A stretch of 63,484 nt of DNA, counting the filler, from Stramenopiles sp. TOSAG23-2 (taxonomy: Eukaryota), in assembly GCA_900128395.1 (NCBI GenBank). It is 5 parts of 5 records of this genome, joined end to end, with 100 filler letters (N's around TTAATTAATTAA, not from the genome) between each part and the next. Parts side by side here need not be neighbours in the genome. Positions count along the whole stretch, not along the records: positions 12,756 to 25,381 come from LT649842.1; positions 25,482 to 38,103 come from LT649843.1; 3 more parts are not named here. The stretch is one strand, 5' to 3'. Made by a program: the position numbers and the translations under genes. Numbering within the stretch: position 1 is the stretch's first letter; each line of letters begins with the position of its first letter. The notes below the pieces were generated by a model. It saw only the letters and a program-made list of their open reading frames with translations, was not told the origin of the DNA and did not search any database. Of the stretch, positions 23,023 through 35,325 are shown in pieces.

Positions 23023-24021
23023 TTACGCACTTGGGAATTGATGCCCAGCTGCATATTTTCCATTGACAAAATGATATAATTGTCGTTCAATATCACTTAA
23101 CAAACTAGATGCACCTATACGAAACAAATGAGGTTCCGTCCATTCATCACCTAATTCATCTTTCATCAATGCTAACCATGATAATGTATCTTTTGCACTA
23201 CGGATACCACCTGCAGGTTTAAACCCAACTTTAATACCGGTACGTTCATAATATTCACGTATACAACGTATCATTACCAATGCAACTGGAAACGTTGCAT
23301 TCACACCTTCTTTACCAGTGGATGTTTTAATAAAATCACTACCAGCCATCATGGATATTATTGATGCTTTTGCTACATTTGTCATTGTACCTAAATCACC
23401 AATTGCTAATATTGTTTTTAAATGTGCATTATCACCACATGCTTCCCTACATGCTTTTACATCGTCGTATAATTTTTGCCATTGCCCGGTCAATACATAT
23501 TCACGTTTAATTACCATGTCTATTTCCGTTGCACCTTTTTGTATTGCTTCACCAATTTCTTCCAAACGTTGTTTCAATGGTGTTTGCCCAGCAGGAAAAC
23601 CAGTAGCAACCGATGCAATTGGTACATCCGCTGCACATTTTGTACGTACACCTGCATTTTCTAATGCTGTTTTTGCATATGGTACCATTTCAGGGTAGAC
23701 ACATACTGCACCGCATCGAACTTCTTTTGGATCGACGCCTAACGCTGCAACAATATCCTGTCGTATAGGATTAACAGCTTTGAAACATAAACGTTCCACG
23801 TTCGAGTTTGTATCTGCACCAGATAACGTAGTTAAATCAATGCAAGTCACTGCACGTAATAACCATGCTGCTTGATATGCTTTTTTAACACTACGTCTTG
23901 TTTTATGTGTTGCTGCTCTTAAATTTAATGCTGGTAAATTGATTTTCATCGTATTGACCCATGACATATCCAATGGGATTGGTTTGTTTCGTTGTCCAAT
24001 ATGTTCAATAATTGCTGCCAT
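23023..24021 (-). CDS. DERA: Deoxyribose-phosphate aldolase (long eukaryotic type)
   Basis: RSVKKAYQAAWLLRAVTCIDLTTLSGADT, ASVATGFPAGQ, AGSDFIKTSTGKE, GFKPAGGIR, FRIGASSLL. True ATG is likely 24021; the upstream 96 bp are a duplicate. Confidence 0.95.
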   Translation of the reverse strand: MAAIIEHIGQRNKPIPLDMSWVNTMKINLPALNLRAATHKTRRSVKKAYQAAWLLRAVTCIDLTTLSGADTNSNVERLCFKAVNPIRQDIVAALGVDPKEVRCGAVCVYPEMVPYAKTALENAGVRTKCAADVPIASVATGFPAGQTPLKQRLEEIGEAIQKGATEIDMVIKREYVLTGQWQKLYDDVKACREACGDNAHLKTILAIGDLGTMTNVAKASIISMMAGSDFIKTSTGKEGVNATFPVALVMIRCIREYYERTGIKVGFKPAGGIRSAKDTLSWLALMKDELGDEWTEPHLFRIGASSLLSDIERQLYHFVNGKYAAGHQFPSA

Positions 24022-25381
24022 GATGAGGTATGATGAGTATAATGATGATATATTTTGTTGTTGTTTGTATTTTGGTGGTAATAATAATAAATTTATATGT
24101 TCAATAATTGCTGCCATGATGAGGTATGATGAGTATAATGATGATATATTTTGTTGTTGTTTGTATTTTGGTGGTAATAATAATAAATTTATTAATTAAT
24201 ATAGGGAATTTATACTTAATTAAAAATTAAAATGATGAGAGATTAAATGTTTGGGCAAAAATAAATAAAGATAAATAATAAAAACAAAACAATAGGTGGA
24301 AAGATATATTGAAAAAAAGATAATTATATATCTACAACTGTATTGCTAATATGATCAACAAATAAATTTGTGTAATTTTTTTTTTTCCCCACCTGAGAAC
24401 ACATGGCCTCTCTCGCTTTCTTCTTGACTCATGTTGACACACGGCGCGTCCACACGTCGCGTGTGTCGTTCAATTCGCAATTTTTTATGAGCAACAAATA
24501 TCCAGATTTGATTCCAATGGATTCCGATCAATATAATCGTATTTATATGCTAACTATGTACATCCACACGTGTTTATATTTGTTTTTTGTTTTGGATTCA
24601 TTACAAAACGGTGCAAAACGGTCTGGAAAGTGTTGTTGGGAATGATTTAATCTAAGTACAACGTATATTTACATTTAACCTATACACAAGATGTAAAATA
24701 TTAGTATACGATATAACACACCTATCAATTTTCACATAAAAAAAACCAAAAAAAAAAAACACTTTTTTTTTTTAACATTATTTTATAGCAATGCTGTGAT
24801 AGTGCTAATATTTTATAAAAATGTCTACAAACATCTTCCTCAACTCCACCTCTTTTTCTATTCGCAAGCAGATGGAGTTGATATAGATGACGCAACAATT
24901 CCATTTATGATATTAAAATTTCTATAAATGGTTTTTTTGGATCCATTCACAACATTTCAACTGTGATATATAAGTAGTAATAATAATTGCACGATGCAAC
25001 TCAATCCTTTTCTTTTAATAATATATACAAATTTCCACTTTATTCTCCGTGGATTCCGATTTTACTACAGATGTACTATTATAAGTCTATCCACACCACC
25101 ATCGATAAGAATAGTAAAAATGTTAAAAACACAACAAATATCCGGAGTTTACTCCCATGGATCTGATTATATATAGTGTTATTTTTATACTAATTAAGGT
25201 CCATCCACACGTGGTTTAAATATTTCTTTTTCCGGCCCTCACATTTTTATTTTTTTTTACGCAAAAATTAACAAAAAATTAACAAAAAATTGTGTATAAA
25301 ATCACATTCTTCCATCGGAGATAGACAGACGATCATATATTTGATTATACCAACCTCATATCAATACACGTATATATATAA

Positions 25382-25481
25382 NNNNNNNNNNNNNNNNNNN
25401 NNNNNNNNNNNNNNNNNNNNNNNNNTTAATTAATTAANNNNNNNNNNNNNNNNNNNNNNNNNNNNNNNNNNNNNNNNNNNN
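25382..25481. other. Artificial contig-joining linker
   Basis: N44-TTAATTAATTAA-N44. Confidence 0.97.
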
Positions 25482-25484
25482 TTA

Positions 25485-26338
25485 TTATATTTTTGCCATT
25501 TCATTATTCTGATATCCATCTAAAACATTTTTCACAAATTGATATAAAGTAATATTTTCATCAACAACTTGAATTGTGGGCAATCCATATTTTTTCATTT
25601 CAACTAATAATCCATCTCCCAATCCGTCTAAACTATAATTAATACCAGCCACACATTTATCTTGGTTTTTAATCAAATATAAAGACGATGCAACTAAATA
25701 ACTTATCGTTTCTTCGTACATACAATCATTCCCATCTTTTAATGATACCATTACAGATTGCCCATCATCCATAAGCAATTTAATAATACAATCCCATTTA
25801 TAAAGTTTTCTTTGATTAAAATCTCGTACACTGTGAACGGAATCAAGCATGGCTACTGTGCTTGGGGAAAATTCTTCAAATTTAAAATCGTTTGTACCTA
25901 TGTTTAAATGTTCAACTACTTTTGTGATAACATGGGTATTAACAGATGCAAACATTGGTCGAGCACATTTAATATCAGTTCCTAAAGTATGTCGTACGAG
26001 ATTTTAATCAAAGAAAACTTTATAAATGGGATTGTATTATTAAATTGCTTATGGATGATGGGCAATCTGTAATGGTATCATTAAAAGATGGGAATGATTG
26101 TATGTACGAAGAAACGATAAGTTATTTAGTTGCATCGTCTTTATATTTGATTAAAAACCAAGATAAATGTGTGGCTGGTATTAATTATAGTTTAGACGGA
26201 TTGGGAGATGGATTATTAGTTGAAATGAAAAAATATGGATTGCCCACAATTCAAGTTGTTGATGAAAATATTACTTTATATCAATTTGTGAAAAATGTTT
26301 TAGATGGATATCAGAATAATGAAATGGCAAAAATATAA
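25485..26338. pseudogene. Two inverted 3' fragments of the saccharopine dehydrogenase-like gene (probable chimera)
   Basis: 25485-25997 (-) and 25994-26338 (+) are identical to parts of 30979-32127 and join at a gtac microhomology. Confidence 0.75.
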
Positions 26339-29300
26339 TAAAATGTATTAGCAACATTTTCAGCTGTGTTTCTAAATCGTCTGGTATCCTAGCTATAATA
26401 GAAGACTAATTTTTGTTTTAAAATCATGAAATCATCCATCATTCTTCTGTGACGTTAACGTTAGACTCAGGCACGAAGAAACTACATATGTACCTACTTT
26501 AACGAATGGCACTATGCTTGAGACTTTTTTTTTTTTACGAGATGTGTATTTTCGGATATTATTAGATTAAATAATTTAATTTTTCAAGTTATTTGTCGTT
26601 TTCGTCATTTAAATAGTAATATCATCAAAAAACGTTTTTAAGGTTTGTTTGATGGAAAAAAGAAAATATGAAATTTATTATTAGAATTATAGGATTGAAT
26701 AGCATCAACAATTGGATTTGATTTGGTATACCTACTGTAAGTACGATTATATTTATTAGTCGTCACGTGAGGAGAGTTTAAAAGCATAAATGTCACTGTT
26801 ATATTTTATTAAAAAAAAGGGGGTCCATGTATATACATATTTATAACTTGAAAATACATTGTGTCAAAGTGTCAAGAGTGTGAAAAGTGTGAAAAAGTGT
26901 GAACAGTATCAAGAGTGAAAGTATCAACAGAAGCGTGTTGTGAAAGTGAATTCTGCGAAGCAACGGACATACGTCGGTCTGATGGTCTTATGTTTTGTAA
27001 GATAAACGTATATAACGTATATATAGGCAAGCAGTCGATGAATGCAGAGTAATTAACTTTCATGCATTGGTTATAAACATGTGTGGGTATGCATTTTTTT
27101 ATACCGAGATGTACGTATATTCGATGTGTATGTGCTTATATTACAGTACATGCAATAACATGTAACTGCACACACGTATTGATGCGTTTTACATATTATA
27201 ATAAACAATAATAGTAACATTACTAATATATCTGCCCCCCATGCTCTTGCAGTGGCCCTGATGGGATCTATAGATAGTTGAGTGACCGAGAAGATTAAAA
27301 AAACAATTTTTGGCTCAAGTGCGCCTGGGATTTGTAATGCCGTCACCTTTTATATATAAATATGTTGTATTTTTCCCTTACATTTCCTGTGTTCAGTCGT
27401 TTCTTTCCAACACTTCATGACGACTGACATAATATTAAGTATCCCATCCTGCTTTGCCATACTATGGACACAGCACTAATATTAATGCTATTTCATGCTG
27501 TATTGCTCCATATTCCTTAGCAAATCTGGACCATTGATAAGTGCATACTGGTATACCTTCTGCCATATTTAACTGGGGACAACCACAAAAATTAGATATA
27601 AGTACTATCACATTCTAATATAGATAGATAGATCGTATAACAGGAAATTAGTCCATTGCTATATTAACAACAACCATATTAAAAAAAAATTCAATTGTAT
27701 TTATTAATTATATAATCACATATATACATATATATTTATATATAACAACATAAATTTCAAATCAACATATATATAGATCCCATCAGGGCCACTGCAAGAG
27801 CATGGGGGGCAGATATATTAGTAATGTTACTATTATTGTTTATTATAATATGTAAAACGCATCAATACGTGTGTGCAGTTACATGTTATTGCATGTACTG
27901 TAATATAAGCACATACACATCGAATATACGTACATCTCGGTATAAAAAAATGCATACCCACACATGTTTATAACCAATGCATGAAAGTTAATTACTCTGC
28001 ATTCATCGACTGCTTGCCTATATATACGTTATATACGTTTATCTTACAAAACATAAGACCATCAGACCGACGTATGTCCGTTGCTTCGCAGAATTCACTT
28101 TCACAACACGCTTCTGTTGATACTTTCACTCTTGATACTGTTCACACTTTTTCACACTTTTCACACTCATTAGTGCCATAGATTTTCAATTTCTACAATG
28201 TAANNNNNNNNNNNNNNNNNNNNNNNNNNNNNNNNNNNNNNNNNNNNNNNNNNNNNNNNNNNNNNNNNNNNNNNNNNNNNNNNNNNNNNNNNNNNNNNNN
28301 NNNNNNNNNNNNNNNNNNNNNNNNNNNNNNNNNNNNNNNNNNNNNNNNNNNNNNNNNNNNNNNNNNNNNNNNNNNNNNNNNNNNNNNNNNNNNNNNNNNN
28401 NNNNNNNNNNNNNNNNNNNNNNNNNNNNNNNNNNNNNNNNNNNNNNNNNNNNNNNNNNNNNNNNNNNNNNNNNNNNNNNNNNNNNNNNNNNNNNNNNNNN
28501 NNNNNNNNNNNNNNNNNNNNNNNNNNNNNNNNNNNNNNNNNNNNNNNNNNNNNNNNNNNNNNNNNNNNNNNNNNNNNNNNNNNNNNNNNNNNNNNNNNNN
28601 NNNNNNNNNNNNNNNNNNNNNNNNNNNNNNNNNNNNNNNNNNNNNNNNNNNNNNNNNNNNNNNNNNNNNNNNNNNNNNNNNNNNNNNNNNNNNNNNNNNN
28701 NNNNNNNNNNNNNNNNNNNNNNNNNNNNNNNNNNNNNNNNNNNNNNNNNNNNNNNNNNNNNNNNNNNNNNNNNNNNNNNNNNNNNNNNNNNNNNNNNNNN
28801 NNNNNNNNNNNNNNNNNNNNNNNNNNNNNNNNNNNNNNNNNNNNNNNNNNNNNNNNNNNNNNNNNNNNNNNNNNNNNNNNNNNNNNNNNNNNNNNNNNNN
28901 NNNNNNNNNNNNNNNNNNNNNNNNNNNNNNNNNNNNNNNNNNNNNNNNNNNNNNNNNNNNNNNNNNNNNNNNNNNNNNNNNNNNNNNNNNNNNNNNNNNN
29001 NNNNNNNNNNNNNNNNNNNNNNNNNNNNNNNNNNNNNNNNNNNNNNNNNNNNNNNNNNNNNNNNNNNNNNNNNNNNNNNNNNNNNNNNNNNNNNNNNNNN
29101 NNNNNNNNNNNNNTTACATTGTAGAAATTGAAAATCTATGGCACTAATGAGTGTGAAAAGTGTGAAAAAGTGTGAACAGTATCAAGAGTGAAAGTATCAA
29201 CAGAAGCGTGTTGTGAAAGTGAATTCTGCGAAGCAACGGACATACGTCGGTCTGATGGTCTTATGTTTTGTAAGATAAACGTATATAACGTATATATAGG

Positions 29301-31323
29301 CAAGCAGTCGATGAATGCAGAGTAATTAACTTTCATGCATTGGTTATAAACATGTGTGGGTATGCATTTTTTTATACCGAGATGTACGTATATTCGATGT
29401 GTATGTGCTTATATTACAGTACATGCAATAACATGTAACTGCACACACGTATTGATGCGTTTTACATATTATAATAAACAATAATAGTAACATTACTAAT
29501 ATATCTGCCCCCCATGCTCTTGCAGTGGCCCTGATGGGATCTATATATATGTTGATTTGAAATTTATGTTGTTATATATAAATATATATGTATATATGTG
29601 ATTATATAATTAATAAATACAATTGAATTTTTTTTTAATATGGTTGTTGTTAATATAGCAATGGACTAATTTCCTGTTATACGATCTATCTATCTATATT
29701 AGAATGTGATAGTACTTATATCTAATTTTTGTGGTTGTCCCCAGTTAAATATGGCAGAAGGTATACCAGTATGCACTTATCAATGGTCCAGATTTGCTAA
29801 GGAATATGGAGCAATACAGCATGAAATAGCATTAATATTAGTGCTGTGTCCATAGTATGGCAAAGCAGGATGGGATACTTAATATTATGTCAGTCGTCAT
29901 GAAGTGTTGGAAAGAAACGACTGAACACAGGAAATGTAAGGGAAAAATACAACATATTTATATATAAAAGGTGACGGCATTACAAATCCCAGGCGCACTT
30001 GAGCCAAAAATTGTTTTTTTAATCTTCTCGGTCACTCAACTATCTATAGATCCCATCAGGGCCACTGCAAGAGCATGGGGGGCAGATATATTAGTAATGT
30101 TACTATTATTGTTTATTATAATATGTAAAACGCATCAATACGTGTGTGCAGTTACATGTTATTGCATGTACTGTAATATAAGCACATACACATCGAATAT
30201 ACGTACATCTCGGTATAAAAAAATGCATACCCACACATGTTTATAACCAATGCATGAAAGTTAATTACTCTGCATTCATCGACTGCTTGCCTATATATAC
30301 GTTATATACGTTTATCTTACAAAACATAAGACCATCAGACCGACGTATGTCCGTTGCTTCGCAGAATTCACTTTCACAACACGCTTCTGTTGATACTTTC
30401 ACTCTTGATACTGTTCACACTTTTTCACACTTTTCACACTCTTGACACTTTGACACAATGTATTTTCAAGTTATAAATATGTATATACATGGACCCCCTT
30501 TTTTTTAATAAAATATAACAGTGACATTTATGCTTTTAAACTCTCCTCACGTGACGACTAATAAATATAATCGTACTTACAGTAGGTATACCAAATCAAA
30601 TCCAATTGTTGATGCTATTCAATCCTATAATTCTAATAATAAATTTCATATTTTCTTTTTTCCATCAAACAAACCTTAAAAACGTTTTTTGATGATATTA
30701 CTATTTAAATGACGAAAACGACAAATAACTTGAAAAATTAAATTATTTAATCTAATAATATCCGAAAATACACATCTCGTAAAAAAAAAAAAGTCTCAAG
30801 CATAGTGCCATTCGTTAAAGTAGGTACATATGTAGTTTCTTCGTGCCTGAGTCTAACGTTAACGTCACAGAAGAATGATGGATGATTTCATGATTTTAAA
30901 ACAAAAATTAGTCTTCTATTATAGCTAGGATACCAGACGATTTAGAAACACAGCTGAAAATGTTGCTAATACATTTTATTATATTTTTGCCATTTCATTA
31001 TTCTGATATCCATCTAAAACATTTTTCACAAATTGATATAAAGTAATATTTTCATCAACAACTTGAATTGTGGGCAATCCATATTTTTTCATTTCAACTA
31101 ATAATCCATCTCCCAATCCGTCTAAACTATAATTAATACCAGCCACACATTTATCTTGGTTTTTAATCAAATATAAAGACGATGCAACTAAATAACTTAT
31201 CGTTTCTTCGTACATACAATCATTCCCATCTTTTAATGATACCATTACAGATTGCCCATCATCCATAAGCAATTTAATAATACAATCCCATTTATAAAGT
31301 TTTCTTTGATTAAAATCTCGTAC
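25994..31323. repeat. 2.2-kb apparently perfect inverted repeat around a 910-N gap
   Basis: 25994-28203 mirrors 29114-31323 (paired coordinates sum to 57317); mirrored ORFs translate identically. Confidence 0.9.
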
Positions 31324-32127
31324 ACTGTGAACGGAATCAAGCATGGCTACTGTGCTTGGGGAAAATTCTTCAAATTTAAAATCGTTTGTACCTATGTTTA
31401 AATGTTCAACTACTTTTGTGATAACATGGGTATTAACAGATGCAAACATTGGTCGAGCACATTTAATATCAGTTCCTAAAGTATGTCGTACTTTTTCAGG
31501 TAAAGTATGTTGTTCGGTTGCACCTTTTCCCGTTGTCATCATGGTATAACATAATATATGTTTTATTTTTCTTGCATTACCATCCTTTCTTTGTTTTTGT
31601 ACATAATTAAGCCCAACACCAATCATTTGTTCATACGGGACTGTGATCCATCCAACCCATGGAGACAGTAAGACATTTGTTTCTCGTGCTTTCTTATCTA
31701 ACTCATTAGCAAGCTCATAGTTTCCACTGATACCATCCCACATACCACTTAAAGAGAGTAAATGTGTTCCAATTTCTGCACAAGCTTTTGCTACGTTTTC
31801 TCTTGCTTTACTTGCATGATCTGAGAGTGTATCCAAAACAAGAGTAGCACGAGCTACTGCTGTTGTAACCGAATCATAATCTGTATCTGGGTTAGGTACA
31901 GGAACAATGCCAACGGTATCCGTACAACCACATTTTTTCGCAAGCGCTTCTAATTTTTCCTGTGATCTACCCATTATTGCATATTTAATGTTTGCATCTG
32001 GCAATAAATTTTTTGGCAAATTTAAACTTGCAAATGCATTTTGATTGCCAGCAAAAGCAGAAGTGCAAAAGGTGCCTGCAAATCCTGAGGCGCCAATGAT
32101 TAATATGTCATATTCACGTCTTGCCAT
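30979..32127 (-). CDS. Saccharopine dehydrogenase-like oxidoreductase (copy 1), ends AKI
   Basis: REYDILIIGASGFAG Rossmann motif, YAIMGRSQEKLE, VAKACAEIGTH..LSG. Confidence 0.75.
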   Translation of the reverse strand: MARREYDILIIGASGFAGTFCTSAFAGNQNAFASLNLPKNLLPDANIKYAIMGRSQEKLEALAKKCGCTDTVGIVPVPNPDTDYDSVTTAVARATLVLDTLSDHASKARENVAKACAEIGTHLLSLSGMWDGISGNYELANELDKKARETNVLLSPWVGWITVPYEQMIGVGLNYVQKQRKDGNARKIKHILCYTMMTTGKGATEQHTLPEKVRHTLGTDIKCARPMFASVNTHVITKVVEHLNIGTNDFKFEEFSPSTVAMLDSVHSVRDFNQRKLYKWDCIIKLLMDDGQSVMVSLKDGNDCMYEETISYLVASSLYLIKNQDKCVAGINYSLDGLGDGLLVEMKKYGLPTIQVVDENITLYQFVKNVLDGYQNNEMAKI

Positions 32128-32337
32128 GTTCTGTTATTATTATTGTATTTAAATCTATATATATAATATTTACTTTTCTATTTTACATATCATATATTAC
32201 TGTATTATACGATATTTATAAAATACAAATAATTTATTATTTGATTTCATGATTTTAAAACAAAAATTAGTCTTCTATTATAGCTAGGATACCAGACGAT
32301 TTAGAAACACAGCTGAAAATGTTGCTAATACATTTTA

Positions 32338-33486
32338 TTATATTTTTGCCATTTCATTATTCTGATATCCATCTAAAACATTTTTCACAAATTGATATAA
32401 AGTAATATTTTCATCAACAACTTGAATTGTGGGCAATCCATATTTTTTCATTTCAACTAATAATCCATCTCCCAATCCGTCTAAACTATAATTAATACCA
32501 GCCACACATTTATCTTGGTTTTTAATCAAATATAAAGACGATGCAACTAAATAACTTATCGTTTCTTCGTACATACAATCATTCCCATCTTTTAATGATA
32601 CCATTACAGATTGCCCATCATCCATAAGCAATTTAATAATACAATCCCATTTATAAAGTTTTCTTTGATTAAAATCTCGTACACTGTGAACGGAATCAAG
32701 CATGGCTACTGTGCTTGGGGAAAATTCTTCAAATTTAAAATCGTTTGTACCTATGTTTAAATGTTCAACTACTTTTGTGATAACATGGGTATTAACAGAT
32801 GCAAACATTGGTCGAGCACATTTAATATCAGTTCCTAAAGTATGTCGTACTTTTTCAGGTAAAGTATGTTGTTCGGTTGCACCTTTTCCCGTTGTCATCA
32901 TGGTATAACATAATATATGTTTTATTTTTCTTGCATTACCATCCTTTCTTTGTTTTTGTACATAATTAAGCCCAACACCAATCATTTGTTCATACGGGAC
33001 TGTGATCCATCCAACCCATGGAGACAGTAAGACATTTGTTTCTCGTGCTTTCTTATCTAACTCATTAGCAAGCTCATAGTTTCCACTGATACCATCCCAC
33101 ATACCACTTAAAGAGAGTAAATGTGTTCCAATTTCTGCACAAGCTTTTGCTACGTTTTCTCTTGCTTTACTTGCATGATCTGAGAGTGTATCCAAAACAA
33201 GAGTAGCACGAGCTACTGCTGTTGTAACCGAATCATAATCTGTATCTGGGTTAGGTACAGGAACAATGCCAACGGTATCCGTACAACCACATTTTTTCGC
33301 AAGCGCTTCTAATTTTTCCTGTGATCTACCCATTATTGCATATTTAATGTTTGCATCTGGCAATAAATTTTTTGGCAAATTTAAACTTGCAAATGCATTT
33401 TGATTGCCAGCAAAAGCAGAAGTGCAAAAGGTGCCTGCAAATCCTGAGGCGCCAATGATTAATATGTCATATTCACGTCTTGCCAT
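32338..33486 (-). CDS. Saccharopine dehydrogenase-like oxidoreductase (copy 2, identical, 1359-bp period)
   Basis: Same 382-aa translation as copy 1; only this copy has unique upstream sequence. Confidence 0.75.
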   Translation of the reverse strand: MARREYDILIIGASGFAGTFCTSAFAGNQNAFASLNLPKNLLPDANIKYAIMGRSQEKLEALAKKCGCTDTVGIVPVPNPDTDYDSVTTAVARATLVLDTLSDHASKARENVAKACAEIGTHLLSLSGMWDGISGNYELANELDKKARETNVLLSPWVGWITVPYEQMIGVGLNYVQKQRKDGNARKIKHILCYTMMTTGKGATEQHTLPEKVRHTLGTDIKCARPMFASVNTHVITKVVEHLNIGTNDFKFEEFSPSTVAMLDSVHSVRDFNQRKLYKWDCIIKLLMDDGQSVMVSLKDGNDCMYEETISYLVASSLYLIKNQDKCVAGINYSLDGLGDGLLVEMKKYGLPTIQVVDENITLYQFVKNVLDGYQNNEMAKI

Positions 33487-33964
33487 GTTCTGTTATTATT
33501 ATTGTATTTAAATCTATATATATAATATTTACTTTTCTATTTTACATATCATATATTACTGTATTATACGATATTTATAAAATACAAATAATTTATTATT
33601 ATTTATTAATTATTTCAATAAAAAATAGGGTTGATTTTTACCAATCATCTGGCAATCCAGGCAATCCATAACAGCACATCATGTTGCACCATCCTGCTGC
33701 TGCTTTACCATCAGGTATTATAGGTAGCTTGCTGGCTTGCCCAGCTTGCCAGCTTGCCAGCCAGCCAGCTTGCTGGCTTGCCCAGCTTGCCCGGCTTGAT
33801 GATGTGCAACATGTTTGAAGAAATTAATCAATATTTTAAAATTTTCAAAAAAAACGGAAAATTTTAAAAGCTATATATAACATAAACTAAACTAAAATAA
33901 AATAAAATAAATATATGTGAAATAATATATATAACGTCATGGTATTGTCCACACAAATAACTTA

Positions 33965-34834
33965 ATGTCACGCGTAGCAGAAGATAAAAGTATTTCAAAG
34001 ATGGGGAAAACGACCTGCTGCCCCACGGGACCAAACATTGTTGGGATCAATGTTGTTGCGATAAATGGAGTTGGAAACGGCAAGGGTTGTGACCATGGCA
34101 AAAGTCGTTTCGTTATAGACACAGTTTTGAGTGATATGCGATTAATTGGTCGAATTCCCCCGGAAAAAGTCAGAGAAAAGTTTGAAGCTGTCAATGAAGG
34201 ATTTGGAAAATGTACAAATCACAGTGTGTGGTTTCTAGTTATTTACATACCGATGTGTATCGCAGGTGTATTTTTCTTCTTAAGTGGAAAGAGAATTCCT
34301 AAAGTTCGTTGTACAAATACAACTCAGGTATGCAGTGGTGTGGAAAGAAATGCCGAATACGACTTATCAACGTGCAGCAATTTTTGGTGCTGTCCAATTG
34401 ATCCCGGCGAAGATGCAGAGTCATCAAACGACTTCATTGAAGCAAATTGTGTTGCCCTTTCAGGTGATGAACGGCTCGGGGGGCCACACGGCGAAGAAAC
34501 AGTGGCAGAACTTTGTCAAGAAAAACAAGAAATGACACACTGCAAATGCAAGAAGGAAGGGGGGGGATGTGGAGTAACAAGAATAGAAGGTGAAAAGGGC
34601 AACTTTGAGCAAGAGTATTTTGTGCCATTCACACATTTCCAACTACTGGGTCAAGCTGGTGTGCAGGGGGGATGGATACTGGCCTATTGCTTCTTCTTCT
34701 ATAGGACTTCTGTGCAAAAAAGGTTTCTTAAAGAATCTTTTAAAGACTGGAAAATGATATACGGAGTTGAGACAAAATATGAGACAAAATGGTATGCTGG
34801 TATGTTCCGTGGTATCCTGGAATGCTGTATTTGA
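33965..34834 (+). CDS. Membrane protein: two hydrophobic segments flanking a Cys-rich loop
   Basis: VWFLVIYIPMCIAGVFFFL, then a loop with ~11 Cys, then GGWILAYCFFFY; 3' end uncertain. Confidence 0.6.
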   Translation: MSRVAEDKSISKMGKTTCCPTGPNIVGINVVAINGVGNGKGCDHGKSRFVIDTVLSDMRLIGRIPPEKVREKFEAVNEGFGKCTNHSVWFLVIYIPMCIAGVFFFLSGKRIPKVRCTNTTQVCSGVERNAEYDLSTCSNFWCCPIDPGEDAESSNDFIEANCVALSGDERLGGPHGEETVAELCQEKQEMTHCKCKKEGGGCGVTRIEGEKGNFEQEYFVPFTHFQLLGQAGVQGGWILAYCFFFYRTSVQKRFLKESFKDWKMIYGVETKYETKWYAGMFRGILECCI

Positions 34835-35325
34835 TCCTTCCCCAGTCTTTTCAGACTGCCCCCCAACATACCATTTAGTTTTGTCTGTTACATTGTAGAA
34901 ATTGAAAATCTATGGCACTAATGAGTGTGTGCAACTGTGTAATTTCCGTGAAAAAGTGTTTTTTATCACCTATAATGATGTTTTTTTTTGCGTTTTTGCC
35001 AAGGTTAAACCCAAATACCTATCAAAAATTATATACTAAATAGTACAAATCGAATAACCACCGTGCTATGCCAAAAGTGCTTAGCGCAGCAGGCACACAT
35101 CATTAGAGCATCCACTCTTCACCCCTCTAGCACTATCTTACTATTATCTTATAGTTGCTATACATTTTCTTTGTGTGCTGGTGTGAAGAACAACAGAAAA
35201 AAATATACAACAAAAAGCAGATACTAATAAAAGCAAAATAAACAAAATGCAAACAAAGCTTCATAATACATAAATTAGATAATCTTCAAACCTCTGACAC
35301 TATTCAATAACATCATTCATGCAAC

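Noticed and set aside
24022-24117. N-terminal targeting extension on DERA
   Set aside because: It is an exact 96-bp duplication of the 5' flank and start codon.
26872-30445. Multi-copy small ORFs (MKVNYSAF..., MTALQIPG...)
   Set aside because: No recognisable protein features; the copies arise only from the inversions.
30979-33486. Real tandem gene duplication of the dehydrogenase-like gene
   Set aside because: Copies appear identical, including flanks, and sit in a region full of chimeric junctions; treated as a probable artefact.
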